Both the position numbers and the translations under genes were made by a program. Shown here in pieces: positions 54,475-63,477 of a stretch of DNA of 64,000 nucleotides (positions are counted from its first letter, which is position 1; each line of letters opens with the position of its first letter). The stretch is taken from positions 1 through 64,000 of the IMG/VR virus record IMGVR_UViG_3300033233_000001; one strand, written 5' to 3'. The notes beneath the pieces were generated by a model. It saw only the letters and a list, made by a program, of their open reading frames with translations, was not told the origin of the DNA and ran no database searches.

Positions 54475-54924
54475 CTATTCAGTCAAGGCTCTCCACCGCG
54501 TGCAGCATCCGCCCTCGTCGACCTCCGCCGGTCGCCAGCCGCCCCGCACGACCTCGCCGACCGCGAGGCAGGCTCCGGCCGTGCTGTGTCCTCCGGTCGG
54601 CCTGAAGGCCACGCAGTTCCCGCAGGCCGTCCCCGGCTCGCCGACGGTCACCAAGCCGCTGGTCGCAGGCTCCACCGGCTGGATGCCGGGTAGGTCGATC
54701 CAGTCCGGAAGCGGCTCGCCGTAGACGTGGTAGCCGCAGACCGCGGTCGCGGCCACACGCACGCTCTTGCGGTGGATGACGCAGCGTCGGCCACTCGAAT
54801 CCCAGGCGACGCAGTTTCGACAGAGCCTGCCCTCGCCGGTGCCGGTCGGCGCTACGTAGAGGACTTCGGCCGGCGTCGGAGGTGGCGGAAACTTGGCTAA
54901 AATCGGCAGCTTGAGTCTGGACAT
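54475..54924 (-). CDS. Protein with two Cys-rich (HiPIP-like) motifs
   Basis: CRNC..C..H..CGYH and CGNCVAF..C..GGCC..W. Confidence 0.55.
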   Translation of the reverse strand: MSRLKLPILAKFPPPPTPAEVLYVAPTGTGEGRLCRNCVAWDSSGRRCVIHRKSVRVAATAVCGYHVYGEPLPDWIDLPGIQPVEPATSGLVTVGEPGTACGNCVAFRPTGGHSTAGACLAVGEVVRGGWRPAEVDEGGCCTRWRALTE

Positions 54925-54980
54925 GTTGGCGAGCCTACGCCGATCTTGACCTCGCCGCGAGCGGCTTCTAGGATCGGCCG

Positions 54981-55244
54981 ATGGCGAACGTGCGTCGAAA
55001 GCGAACGACGGAAGAGCAGGCCCTCTACGACCAGATCCAGAACGCGAAGCGGCTTCGCGTGGAGCAGGCGGCTGAGATCGACCGTGCGGTCGACCTGCTC
55101 TTCGAGGTCCCGGCCGAAGAAGCGACCGACGCGGTGCTTGGCGTGCGCGCGCGCTTTGCGCTCTCGGCGCGTCGTCGGTTCGACGAGACGACGCAGCGGC
55201 TGGCACGGCTCGAAGAGCGCTACGAGGCGCTGCGTCCACTGTGA
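54981..55244 (+). CDS. Coiled-coil hypothetical protein
   Basis: 87 aa. Confidence 0.6.
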   Translation: MANVRRKRTTEEQALYDQIQNAKRLRVEQAAEIDRAVDLLFEVPAEEATDAVLGVRARFALSARRRFDETTQRLARLEERYEALRPL

Positions 55245-55522
55245 CGCGAGCCGAGCGACTCTTCCCGCTTGCCGAGCGGTACATCCAGCTGGTGCTCGAA
55301 CGGCGGCACATGGCGCTGCGGATGAACAAGCGCGATGTCTCGAAGCTCGACATCGACATCGACGAAGCACTGCGCGACTACGAGTCCGCTGAGGCGCGCG
55401 AGACGGTCGCGCAGATGGATTCCGATCTGCCGCCGCGATCTCCGGCACGACCACGACCTGGCGCTCGTCGATACGGACCGAGTCACCCGTGGAACAGTCG
55501 GGCGGTGCCGCCGAAGCGATGA
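55241..55522 (+). CDS. Hypothetical protein
   Basis: GTGA overlap. Confidence 0.5.
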   Translation: MTRAERLFPLAERYIQLVLERRHMALRMNKRDVSKLDIDIDEALRDYESAEARETVAQMDSDLPPRSPARPRPGARRYGPSHPWNSRAVPPKR

Positions 55523-55686
55523 GCTATCCGGGTTCGCCTTGTGCCAGCCAGTTCAGATACTGGTCGACGAGGTAGTCGGGGTCGGCCGTGTTCGCGTCGA
55601 AGAGTTCTGGTCGCAGAGCCGACTGCCGTGCGTAGCGCATGAACTTCATGAAGCGCCGCAGATGCTCTCGCTGTGATCCGGAAAGC

Positions 55687-56052
55687 TCAGCCCGCATCGG
55701 GGCCCCGTGCCACTCGAAGCGCGGCCGTCATGAGTGCGAGGTCGTCCTTGCCGGCCGCGTCCGGCCGGATGGCGTCGACCGCGGCCCTGGCCTCGGCCTT
55801 CTTGAACCCGAGGCTCACGAGCGTCTTCTCTGTGCCGGCGAGCTTCTTCTCGCGGTTCTCGATCTCGCCGCGCGCGACGATGTCGGCGGCGATCCGCGCC
55901 TTCGTGTTGCGATCGCTGGCCGGATGCGCGACGGCCACGAGCGCACGCCGGACGATAGCGCGGGCGCCGTCGAAGATCTCGTCGAGCGGCAGGCTCAGGC
56001 TGATCCAGCGGTTGATGTGCACGTGGGCGCGGCTGCGGAGTTTTCCTGCCAT
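55687..56052 (-). CDS. Protein with RuvA C-terminal-like domain
   Basis: TLVSLGFKKAEARAAVDAI...LMTAALR. Confidence 0.6.
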   Translation of the reverse strand: MAGKLRSRAHVHINRWISLSLPLDEIFDGARAIVRRALVAVAHPASDRNTKARIAADIVARGEIENREKKLAGTEKTLVSLGFKKAEARAAVDAIRPDAAGKDDLALMTAALRVARGPDAG

Positions 56053-56111
56053 GACGTCCTGCTTGTGACACACTCTAGACGATGCGGCGTCGCTTGTCGA
56101 GAGCGCCGCGA

Positions 56112-56599
56112 CTACGTCGTCGGCGGCACGAACGAAGCGCACGGCTTGTCCTCGGCACGCCAGCGCCGCAAGAGGCCCGCGAGCAGCCATCCGCGGTCGG
56201 TGAGCTTGAAGACCGGCATCAGGCCCGTGCCGTTCCACTCCAGCAGCCCCTCGTGCTCCATGTCGGACGCCTGATCCCAGTCGTCGTGTCCGAAGAGATC
56301 GACGTCCTTGAGCCGTGTCGGGTAGCGCTTGACGATCGGATTGTGGCCGAGTGTCTCCTCGCCGTCTGCGCCGCGTCAAAGTGACCACGACGCGGGCGTC
56401 CTGGCTCTGAGCGCATGTTGTCTGCGTTCGGCTTGCCGTCGTAGTCGACGCACCTCGTCTCGATGTATAGCAGTGTCGACCAGTGATCCTTGCTCCAGCG
56501 AGCCATCGCGATGGGCTTGCCATCCCACTCGGCGACGAGGCGTAGGCTGGGCGCTTCCGCCGCGGGTATCGTTTTCGTAGCTGCCGTCTTCGTTGCCAT
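56112..56599 (-). pseudogene. Frameshifted hypothetical gene
   Basis: HWSTLLYIETR..NMR in one frame; KRYPTRLK..HDDWD..FKLTDRGW in the -1 frame; shift near 56366-56375. Confidence 0.65.
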
Positions 56600-57309
56600 C
56601 AGTCCTCCTCGCACCGCAGCTTGAAGCGGCGGTCGACCATCTTCCAGTTGTCTATTGGAATCATCGCGCGACACCCGGCCTTGCAGAGCGCCTCGTAGAC
56701 CTCGGCGACGATGAACCAGCCGATGACGGCGGGGTCGGTGGTCGCGAGCCAGTGGGCGTCGACGCGGCTCAGGTAGGGGTCCTCGGCAGAGTAGTTGGTG
56801 AGCCGCCCCATCTTGCAGATCTGTGCGACGTGCGTGTACGACTCTTCGGACGACTCTTCGGAGAGGAGGTCGACGAGCACGGAGTCATGTTCACCGTCGT
56901 CTTCGGGCGGTTCGTGTCCGCGCGTCGCCATGCGGAACTTGTTGCCGCCTTCGTCGTATGTGCCGTCGTTTTTGCCGCGCCAGATGTACGGCTTCTTGGC
57001 CTCGAAGGACCAGCGCGTCGGGTCGACGATCGTCTCGCAGTTGACGCCGTACTTGCCGCGCTCGTTGGGCAGCACGATCCAGCCGTGGTTACAGAACGCC
57101 TGTCCGGCTCGTCCCTCCCAGTAGCCCTTCGGGCTGATCTCGCCGAGCCAGTGGCCGTAGACTGCGACGCCGCCGAAGTACGACGCGAGCTTACTGGCGA
57201 CCGCGAAGCAGTTGCCTTCCCAGTCCGCGACCGGCAGCCCGACGAGCTTCTCGGCGCCGCGCATCGTGAGCTTGGCCTTGACGGGACCGTCGATGACGTG
57301 GACGGTCAC
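56599..57309 (-). CDS. Hypothetical protein
   Basis: GNCF...HGW..IVDPTRW motifs. Confidence 0.65.
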   Translation of the reverse strand: MTVHVIDGPVKAKLTMRGAEKLVGLPVADWEGNCFAVASKLASYFGGVAVYGHWLGEISPKGYWEGRAGQAFCNHGWIVLPNERGKYGVNCETIVDPTRWSFEAKKPYIWRGKNDGTYDEGGNKFRMATRGHEPPEDDGEHDSVLVDLLSEESSEESYTHVAQICKMGRLTNYSAEDPYLSRVDAHWLATTDPAVIGWFIVAEVYEALCKAGCRAMIPIDNWKMVDRRFKLRCEED

Positions 57310-57310
57310 G

Positions 57311-57820
57311 TCACCACCCGTTGGTGAGGTAAGCCTCGCGCACCGCGTCGTCGTCGCACTCCAGCGCAGCGTCGAAGATCAGCAGAAACTTGTTGTCATC
57401 GGTCTCCGTGTCGTAGCAGACCATGACGTGCGTCTTTGTGCGGTAGACCCACTTCGGCAGGAAGCGCTGTGTGTAGATGGGCCCGCCGAAGAACTCTGGA
57501 TAGTTGGCCTTGGTGTCCTTGCCGGACGCGATGTCGGCTTCCAGGTGGGCGCGGGCGTCCTCGAAGGTGCGCGCTGCGAGCGGCTCGTCCGAGTAGACCA
57601 GCTTGGCGCCGGCCCCTTCTCCGCCCACCAGCATCCAGCGCTGTCCGCGGCAGTCGTCGAGCGGGATCTCAACATAATCTGGCTTGTAGCAGAACGCCTT
57701 GTGGACGGCGGCCTTCGCCGAGAAGTACGCGTCGATCTGCGTGTCCAGTGGTGTGAGCTTCTTCTTCTTCATCGGAGCGAGCTTCTTCTTCTTCATCGGA
57801 GCGAGCTTCTTCTTCTTCAT
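57311..57820 (-). CDS. Hypothetical protein with triplicated N-terminal MKKKKLAP
   Basis: In-frame ATGs at 57820, 57796 and 57772. Confidence 0.7.
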   Translation of the reverse strand: MKKKKLAPMKKKKLAPMKKKKLTPLDTQIDAYFSAKAAVHKAFCYKPDYVEIPLDDCRGQRWMLVGGEGAGAKLVYSDEPLAARTFEDARAHLEADIASGKDTKANYPEFFGGPIYTQRFLPKWVYRTKTHVMVCYDTETDDNKFLLIFDAALECDDDAVREAYLTNGW

Positions 57821-57826
57821 CGGAGC
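57755..57826. repeat. Perfect 3 x 24-bp tandem repeat
   Basis: GAGCTTCTTCTTCTTCATCGGAGC x3. Confidence 0.95.
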
Positions 57827-58089
57827 GACTTTCGCTTGCGCTTCACGCGCCGGCCGCGAGCGAAGAGGCACTTGATCGCCGCCTGCTTCGCGGCGTACAT
57901 GATGTCCTGCATCTCGTCGTTGGTGAAGTCCGGCGGCCTCTCCAGGCCGAGGTCCGCACTCACGCGGCCGATTGGTCGCATGTGCGGGTGTTGGTCGTCC
58001 TTCGTCCACCGCGAATGTTCGGTGGTGAAGACGTGGAGGTGCAGCAGCACCTCTTCCGCGAATGCCGGGCCCTGGTCCTTTGCGCTCAT
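57817..58089 (-). CDS. Hypothetical protein
   Basis: ATGA-coupled. Confidence 0.55.
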   Translation of the reverse strand: MSAKDQGPAFAEEVLLHLHVFTTEHSRWTKDDQHPHMRPIGRVSADLGLERPPDFTNDEMQDIMYAAKQAAIKCLFARGRRVKRKRKSLR

Positions 58090-58406
58090 TGTTCGTAGCC
58101 CTCGGCAAGTGGCAGCGGACACCAATCTGGCGGCGGCCAGTACTCTGGAAACCCGCCCTTGCCCGGCGGTCCCGGCGGCAGCGGACGGAAGCAACGAAAC
58201 GGCTGGCCTGATCCGTCAGTGAACGGAGGACGCCCGTCTTGGTCCAGCCGACCCTCGGTCTTAGGGTGGTAGCAAGCCGAAGATGCTCGGCTGTGCACGC
58301 AGTCGCAGCACGCGCTGATCACCAGCAGCCGCTGGCCCGGCTGCGGCTTCGCTCGCTCGCTCGCTGTGGCCGCTTCGCGAGCAGCGCGCGCTTTCGTCAT
58401 GGTCAT
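58086..58406 (-). CDS. Cys-containing hypothetical protein
   Basis: CCDC..CYHP..WCPL. Confidence 0.55.
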   Translation of the reverse strand: MTMTKARAAREAATASERAKPQPGQRLLVISACCDCVHSRASSACYHPKTEGRLDQDGRPPFTDGSGQPFRCFRPLPPGPPGKGGFPEYWPPPDWCPLPLAEGYEQ

Positions 58407-58810
58407 CGTTTGGCCTTTGCCTCTGCGGCGACGTCCATGGCCTCCATGACAAGCCGGATGGCCACGGTGCGTGCGTCGTACGTTAGCGGACATGGCTCCG
58501 TCTCGTAATCGTAGATGGCAACGCCAAGCGTTTCCACCGCCTCCGTGAGCACGGCGAGCGCGGCCTCTGCGACGCCCCTGGCGCGCATCTCCCTGAAGAG
58601 CGCGCGACCGTCCGCGTCGTGCAGATCGACGCGGCGTGTCAGCGCTGCCTTCGTCTCGTAGAGGACGACGGTCAACCGCTCGACCTCGTGGAGAAGTTCC
58701 CACCGCTCGTCCACGGCGGCGGGCCACGGGCGCTCGAAGCCCTTCGAGCGGATCTCCGCGAGGCGCTCCGGCGTCACGACGACCTCGGAACGCGTTGCGA
58801 GCCGAAGCAT
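58403..58810 (-). CDS. Hypothetical protein
   Basis: ATGA-coupled. Confidence 0.5.
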   Translation of the reverse strand: MLRLATRSEVVVTPERLAEIRSKGFERPWPAAVDERWELLHEVERLTVVLYETKAALTRRVDLHDADGRALFREMRARGVAEAALAVLTEAVETLGVAIYDYETEPCPLTYDARTVAIRLVMEAMDVAAEAKAKR

Positions 58811-59082
58811 GTGTTGCACGTTTGCCACCCGTGCCCCCACCCGACGAACACGCTGCCGGCGACGTGGTTCCTGGCGTCCGGCGGACGCTTGCACTTCTGG
58901 CACTCGTCGTCGTCGGTGCGGAACCACCCGCGCGCGCGCAGCCAGCTTGCAGTCACGTTCGCGTCGGGCTTCATCACGAGGCCGGTCGGGAACGGCCGCC
59001 GGTCGATCACTTCGATCACCTCGAACGCGTCGCCGTGCGGACCCTCCCATACGTCGCCGACCTGATGGCGCTCGTCGCTCAC
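58774..59082 (-). CDS. Zn-finger hypothetical protein
   Basis: CQKC...CNTC; GTGA overlap. Confidence 0.5.
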   Translation of the reverse strand: MSDERHQVGDVWEGPHGDAFEVIEVIDRRPFPTGLVMKPDANVTASWLRARGWFRTDDDECQKCKRPPDARNHVAGSVFVGWGHGWQTCNTCFGSQRVPRSS

Positions 59083-60542
59083 GGCGTCCTCCAGCGGTCG
59101 AAGAACGAGGGCTCGCGGAGTGCGAGGAGGCCGAGGCGCGCGCCGAGCTTGCAGAGCGCCTCGTGGTAGGCCTCGCTCAGATGATCTGACTCGAAGGAAT
59201 GACCGAACTCGTGAACGAGTAGCTGAAGCACGTCCTCGTCGAGCGGGCTCTTGTCGAACCAAGCCTTGCCGAGGCGCGCGACGTTGAAGTGCAGCACGCC
59301 GTCGCCGAAGCACGCGGCGTAGCGGCCCTGGAAGTCGTTGAGGATCGCGACGTAGACGCGACCGCGCAGTAGCCGCTCGCCGAGCGCCTTGCTGAACTCG
59401 ACGATGCGCTCCATGCCGGGCGTCCACTTGTCGCGCGGGTAGTCGCAGTCGCGGCCGCCCGCGGCGAAGATGACCTTGGGGCTCGGCGTGACCTGCCCCG
59501 CCGGGAGCGCCGCGCCCGAGCGTCGGATCGATTCCCAGGCCGAGCCCGAGAAGCTGCCGGCCTCGATGATGCTGTAGCCCTTGCTCATCGCGAGTTTGGT
59601 GCCCTCGGGGTCGCTCGGGTCGCGCACGACGCGCTTCTCGCCGTAGCGCTCGGTGATGACGGCCGTGACCGCCTCGTCGGTGACGAGCTTGCTCTCGATG
59701 GCGTCATCGACCCATGCCTCTCGCGCGTGTGCGCCGAGCCGGTCGTGCATCTCGTTGACCACGAGCGCGCGGAGCTTGCGCGCGTAGGCCGGCGTGACGT
59801 TGTCGCGGTCGCTGTTCAGCGGAGTCTTCTGCGCGACGTCGCAGTGCCACGCTCCGTCGAGCACGACGACGGGGATGCCCATCTCGTAGAGCGTGGGGCT
59901 CTCGCCTTCGCGCACGTCGTAGAGGCAGACCTTCGTGAAGCGCTCGGTCGGGCGCAGGTAGCCCTCGTCGTCTGCGATCTCCGTCGGCAGCTGGGCCTCG
60001 AACTCGCGGACGATCTCGCGCGACGGCAGGCGCACACCGTTGAGCGTGACGATCACGCTGGGCGGCACGAGCACGCTGTGGACGGCCCGCTCGGTGCGTG
60101 CTGCGTCCTCCTTCGTCATCCGCAGGTGCACGGTGACGACGCTGCCGCCGCCGGTGCGAGCCTTGCTGTGGTGCCGGCCGCGCTCGTCGAAGACGACGGT
60201 GCCGGTCGTCGTCGCGATCGAAGCGTACGTGCTCGCGGCGATCACGAGCTTCTCGCCGAGGTTGAAGCGCCCGCGCTGCTCGGGGTTGGCCTTCTTGGCC
60301 GACTCGGCGAAGAGCGTGTACGCGTGCCGCAGGTCGGTGAAACCCTCGGGGTTGTCGTCGGCCACGACGAGGACCCACGTGCCGCGCTTGTTCTCGTCGG
60401 GCGCGAGCGTGACGCCCACACGCATCGACTTCTCGTCGAGGCTGTTCTGGATCAACTCCAGCGCTGCGAACTCGATGCCGCGCCGGGCGAGGAGCTTGCG
60501 GAGGCCGACGCGGTCGACCTCGAAGTGCTGAGCAGTGGTCAC
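59079..60542 (-). CDS. GHKL (HSP90-like) ATPase with C-terminal HExxH motif
   Basis: ELIQNSLDE, VADDNPEGF, GRFNLGEK; LLVHEFGH. Confidence 0.8.
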   Translation of the reverse strand: MTTAQHFEVDRVGLRKLLARRGIEFAALELIQNSLDEKSMRVGVTLAPDENKRGTWVLVVADDNPEGFTDLRHAYTLFAESAKKANPEQRGRFNLGEKLVIAASTYASIATTTGTVVFDERGRHHSKARTGGGSVVTVHLRMTKEDAARTERAVHSVLVPPSVIVTLNGVRLPSREIVREFEAQLPTEIADDEGYLRPTERFTKVCLYDVREGESPTLYEMGIPVVVLDGAWHCDVAQKTPLNSDRDNVTPAYARKLRALVVNEMHDRLGAHAREAWVDDAIESKLVTDEAVTAVITERYGEKRVVRDPSDPEGTKLAMSKGYSIIEAGSFSGSAWESIRRSGAALPAGQVTPSPKVIFAAGGRDCDYPRDKWTPGMERIVEFSKALGERLLRGRVYVAILNDFQGRYAACFGDGVLHFNVARLGKAWFDKSPLDEDVLQLLVHEFGHSFESDHLSEAYHEALCKLGARLGLLALREPSFFDRWRTP

Positions 60543-60829
60543 CAGCCACCGCCTTCCGCGCGGTCTGCGCAGCGGTCGCACTGGTAGCCGCGCGCTACGT
60601 CGGCCGGCGTCAGCACGTTAGGCGCACAGCACGTTGGGCACGAGTGGATGCGTGGGTTCGAGCGCGTCGCGGCGCGCAGCGCCGAGCGGCCGCCCGGATC
60701 GGCGAAGCGCGTGCCGTCTGCCAGTGGCGCGCTCGGATCGTCCGAGTCGTCGTCCCCGCGCTCGACCTCCGAGTCGTCGACCTCCGAGTCGTCGTCCTCG
60801 TACGGATCGATGTAGTTGTCCTCGTCCAT
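60539..60829 (-). CDS. Acidic N-terminus + Zn-finger protein
   Basis: DDSEV x2 (15-bp duplication); CPTC...CDRC. Confidence 0.7.
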   Translation of the reverse strand: MDEDNYIDPYEDDDSEVDDSEVERGDDDSDDPSAPLADGTRFADPGGRSALRAATRSNPRIHSCPTCCAPNVLTPADVARGYQCDRCADRAEGGGW

Positions 60830-60874
60830 CTCGGCTCCTCCTGTCCGCCATGTTCGGCGGCTCACCTGGAAATG

Positions 60875-60902
60875 AATCTAGCACGTCGTTCGCGGTGCGC
60901 AA
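60875..60902 (-). promoter_or_regulatory. sigma70-like promoter with extended -10
   Basis: TTGCGC-N16-TAGATT with TGC directly upstream of -10. Confidence 0.55.
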
Positions 60903-61167
60903 GTGCCTATCGCAACAAAACACAGCGCTGTCGGACCGTCACCAAGCGCCCGGCCCGCGCTTGCCGCGTCGCGCGGTGCCCTCTCCCATGTTCGAGCGCC
61001 CGACGTGCGTGGGTGTGCCCTTCTGCTTCTTCGTCTGCTTGTGCGGGACGATCTGGCTGCGGTCCGGTCCGTGTTCTTTCCGGTAGCCAGTCGCGCCGCA
61101 GTTGCAGGTGAAGCGGCCCATCTCCATGGGCATCGGAGTCCACTCGTGCGTGTGGTCGTCCACCGCC

Positions 61168-61647
61168 TTACGCTGTCCCGAGCTTCTGCTTGAGCGCTTC
61201 GAGTTGACGCAGGTCGCGGGCCCGCTCTTCCGACGCGTCGGCGGCCTTCTTGCGTTCTTCCTCGGCCGTGTCCTTCGCCTTCTTTTCGGCGAGCCGCTTG
61301 TCGGCCACCTCGTGCGCCTCGGCGGCGATGGACCGGGCTTCGGCGGACAGCGCGCGAAGCTCCGCGTACTCCTCTTGCAGATCGTCCGTACCGGCGTCGG
61401 AGTCGATGCCAGCGCTGTTGACGAAGACGTGGCTCTGTCGATCGCCGTAGGGCGTCCGATACGTGCGTACCTCGGTGCCCCCCAGGAAGTACGCGTGTGC
61501 AAGCGCGGCGACCGCGTGCTCGCGCGTCTCTTCTAGGGAGATCTCGAAGGCGCTGTGCGTGCGATAGTCGAGATGTGACCCGCTGTGGGAAGCCCCGTCT
61601 GCGCGGTAGGTCACCACGGTGTACAGTCTCAGCGCGTTGTTGCTCAC
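61168..61647 (-). CDS. Hypothetical protein
   Basis: GGAGG RBS; coiled-coil tail. Confidence 0.65.
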   Translation of the reverse strand: MSNNALRLYTVVTYRADGASHSGSHLDYRTHSAFEISLEETREHAVAALAHAYFLGGTEVRTYRTPYGDRQSHVFVNSAGIDSDAGTDDLQEEYAELRALSAEARSIAAEAHEVADKRLAEKKAKDTAEEERKKAADASEERARDLRQLEALKQKLGTA

Positions 61648-61949
61648 GTTTCCTCCTTGCCCGTGTCCACGGGCAGTGTGATCTGCACGTCGGCCTGTAG
61701 GCCCAGGTCGCGCATCGCGCGATAGACTTGGTGCTCCAACTCGTTCAGCGTCGAGTTGATGGGCCCCCAGGCGAGTTCCGCGTCGCGGCCGGCCACCGTC
61801 ACCTCGATCGTGTACTTGTGCTTCTTCACGTCGGTGGGCTCCGGCGCGTGATGGCTACCACGCGCGTGCGCGCCCAGCGCACGGCGAGGCCGATCCACGG
61901 CAGTGCGGCGAGGATCGCAAACAACTCGTCTTGGCAAAAATGCACCGGC

Positions 61950-62333
61950 TCAGCCCTTCGCACGCTTCGCGGCGGGCGTGGTCGATGAGGATCGTCGGTC
62001 GCGAAGGCGAAGTTGCCGCCACGTGCGTCTTGAGGTACCGTCTGCGCTGGATGCTCCGATCCATCCACTCGGAGACGCCAGACGCGCGAGCCGCGCCCAC
62101 GCTTGCTGCGCCGCGGCCCCGAAGACGGGGCGCGCCGCGCCGGGGAGCATGACGCCGACGTCCGCCGGCAGCAGGCCAGTGGCGATCCAGTACTCGCCGG
62201 TCGGCGTGCCGTAGACCGGCTCCGCCTCGTCGATCTCGCGCTCCTGGGCTTCGACGAGCACTTCCGAGCGGCCGTCGAAGATCCACAGGCCGCTGTCGCC
62301 GCCCTGGTCCCAGGTGAGGTCGAAGATGCGCAT
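61950..62333 (-). CDS. Hypothetical protein whose 3' part reads through the solitary repeat
   Basis: TGATG coupling to the upstream gene. Confidence 0.5.
   Translation of the reverse strand: MRIFDLTWDQGGDSGLWIFDGRSEVLVEAQEREIDEAEPVYGTPTGEYWIATGLLPADVGVMLPGAARPVFGAAAQQAWARLARLASPSGWIGASSADGTSRRTWRQLRLRDRRSSSTTPAAKRAKG
62049..62076. repeat. Solitary 28-nt CRISPR repeat unit
   Basis: GGATGCTCCGATCCATCCACTCGGAGAC = repeat positions 9-36 with 2 mismatches. Confidence 0.85.
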
Positions 62334-62671
62334 CAGAGGCACCAGAGCCCTTCGCCGCCGAAGTCGCCGTGGGTCTCGCCGTTCGGGAAGCGGACCTTGA
62401 CGGCGCAGCCGCGCGGGTCGCCGTTGAAGTCGATCTGCGTCACGCCGTACTCCTTGAGCGCGGCCGACACGCGCGCTTCGAGACGCGAGTCGCGCTTCTC
62501 TTCGCGCTCGGTGAGGCTGCGGTTGCAACCGGTCTCTGCCAGCGTGTGCAGGCTGTGCGCGTCGCGCAAGATCGCGATCGCTTCGCGCGCGATGATGTGC
62601 GCGGGCTTGGTCTTCGGCGCGTACCGCGCGAGGACCGCAACGAAACAGGCCGTGTCTTCGAGGTTGCTCAT
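62333..62671 (-). CDS. Hypothetical early protein
   Basis: FNGDPRGCAVKV motif. Confidence 0.7.
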   Translation of the reverse strand: MSNLEDTACFVAVLARYAPKTKPAHIIAREAIAILRDAHSLHTLAETGCNRSLTEREEKRDSRLEARVSAALKEYGVTQIDFNGDPRGCAVKVRFPNGETHGDFGGEGLWCL

Positions 62672-62719
62672 GATCTTCTTCTTCCTCTCGTCCGGCGTGT
62701 CTGCCGGCTCACGTCCATC

Positions 62720-62748
62720 TATCTAGCAATCGCCCCGTGCGCTGTCAA
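62720..62748 (-). promoter_or_regulatory. sigma70-like promoter
   Basis: TTGACA-N17-TAGATA with TGC extended -10. Confidence 0.7.
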
Positions 62749-62978
62749 GCGTCTGTCGCAACGTTTCGCAGCAGGGTCAGACCCGGCGAGTGAGCGCTTC
62801 TTGTCGGTCATCGTCTCCTCCTTCTCGTGCGTCGCGCGCTGCTCTCGGTACCGGCTTCTCCCCCGGCCTAGAATGGGGGCGTCTTTGACCGGTCGGTTGG
62901 CTTCTGGCCGTCGCCTCTGCCGCTTGGCCCTTTGCATGACCGAGCCCGCTCCGAGAGCAGCGCGCGACGCGCGCGCGT

Positions 62979-63398
62979 TCAGCCGTAAACGAGTTCTCCC
63001 AGAAGCGAAAGCTGCACCAGCACATCTCCAGTGATCGCGTCGTACTGGTCGGCGACGAAAGCCGCGAAGTGCTTCGGGTGCTTCGCGGCCATCAGGTCGA
63101 GACCGCGCTGGATGACCTTGCCGTTGAGCACGAGCGGCTCGTAGTCCTTGTCGCCCTCGTCCGTGCCCGTGTCGTCGTCGTCGACGCGGCAGACGACCGC
63201 GCCGCCCTGTACCGGGTAGTCGCAGTACTCGTGGATCATGCCGTCGCCGAGCAGCGGCTTCACCGCGCCGCGCGGCTTGCGGTACGTCATGATCCGGCAC
63301 CAGCTGCCGCAGCCGTAGCTGCCGCCCTCGAATGCCGAGCAGAGCAGGCCGGCGACCTTCTCCGCTGTGATCTCCGTCGTGACCGTGAACGCGCGCAT
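62979..63398 (-). CDS. Phage hypothetical protein
   Basis: SAFEGGSYG..W; DAITGDVLVQLSLLGELVYG. Confidence 0.7.
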   Translation of the reverse strand: MRAFTVTTEITAEKVAGLLCSAFEGGSYGCGSWCRIMTYRKPRGAVKPLLGDGMIHEYCDYPVQGGAVVCRVDDDDTGTDEGDKDYEPLVLNGKVIQRGLDLMAAKHPKHFAAFVADQYDAITGDVLVQLSLLGELVYG

Positions 63399-63445
63399 GG
63401 GTCTGTCTCTCTTTCAGGTCGCCGTGTTGGGCGACTCACAAGCGT

Positions 63446-63473
63446 ACTCCAGCAATGCTCGCAGCGGTGTCAA
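63446..63473 (-). promoter_or_regulatory. sigma70-like promoter
   Basis: TTGACA-N16-TGGAGT with the same ATTGC upstream as the 62720 promoter. Confidence 0.55.
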
Positions 63474-63477
63474 GCGC

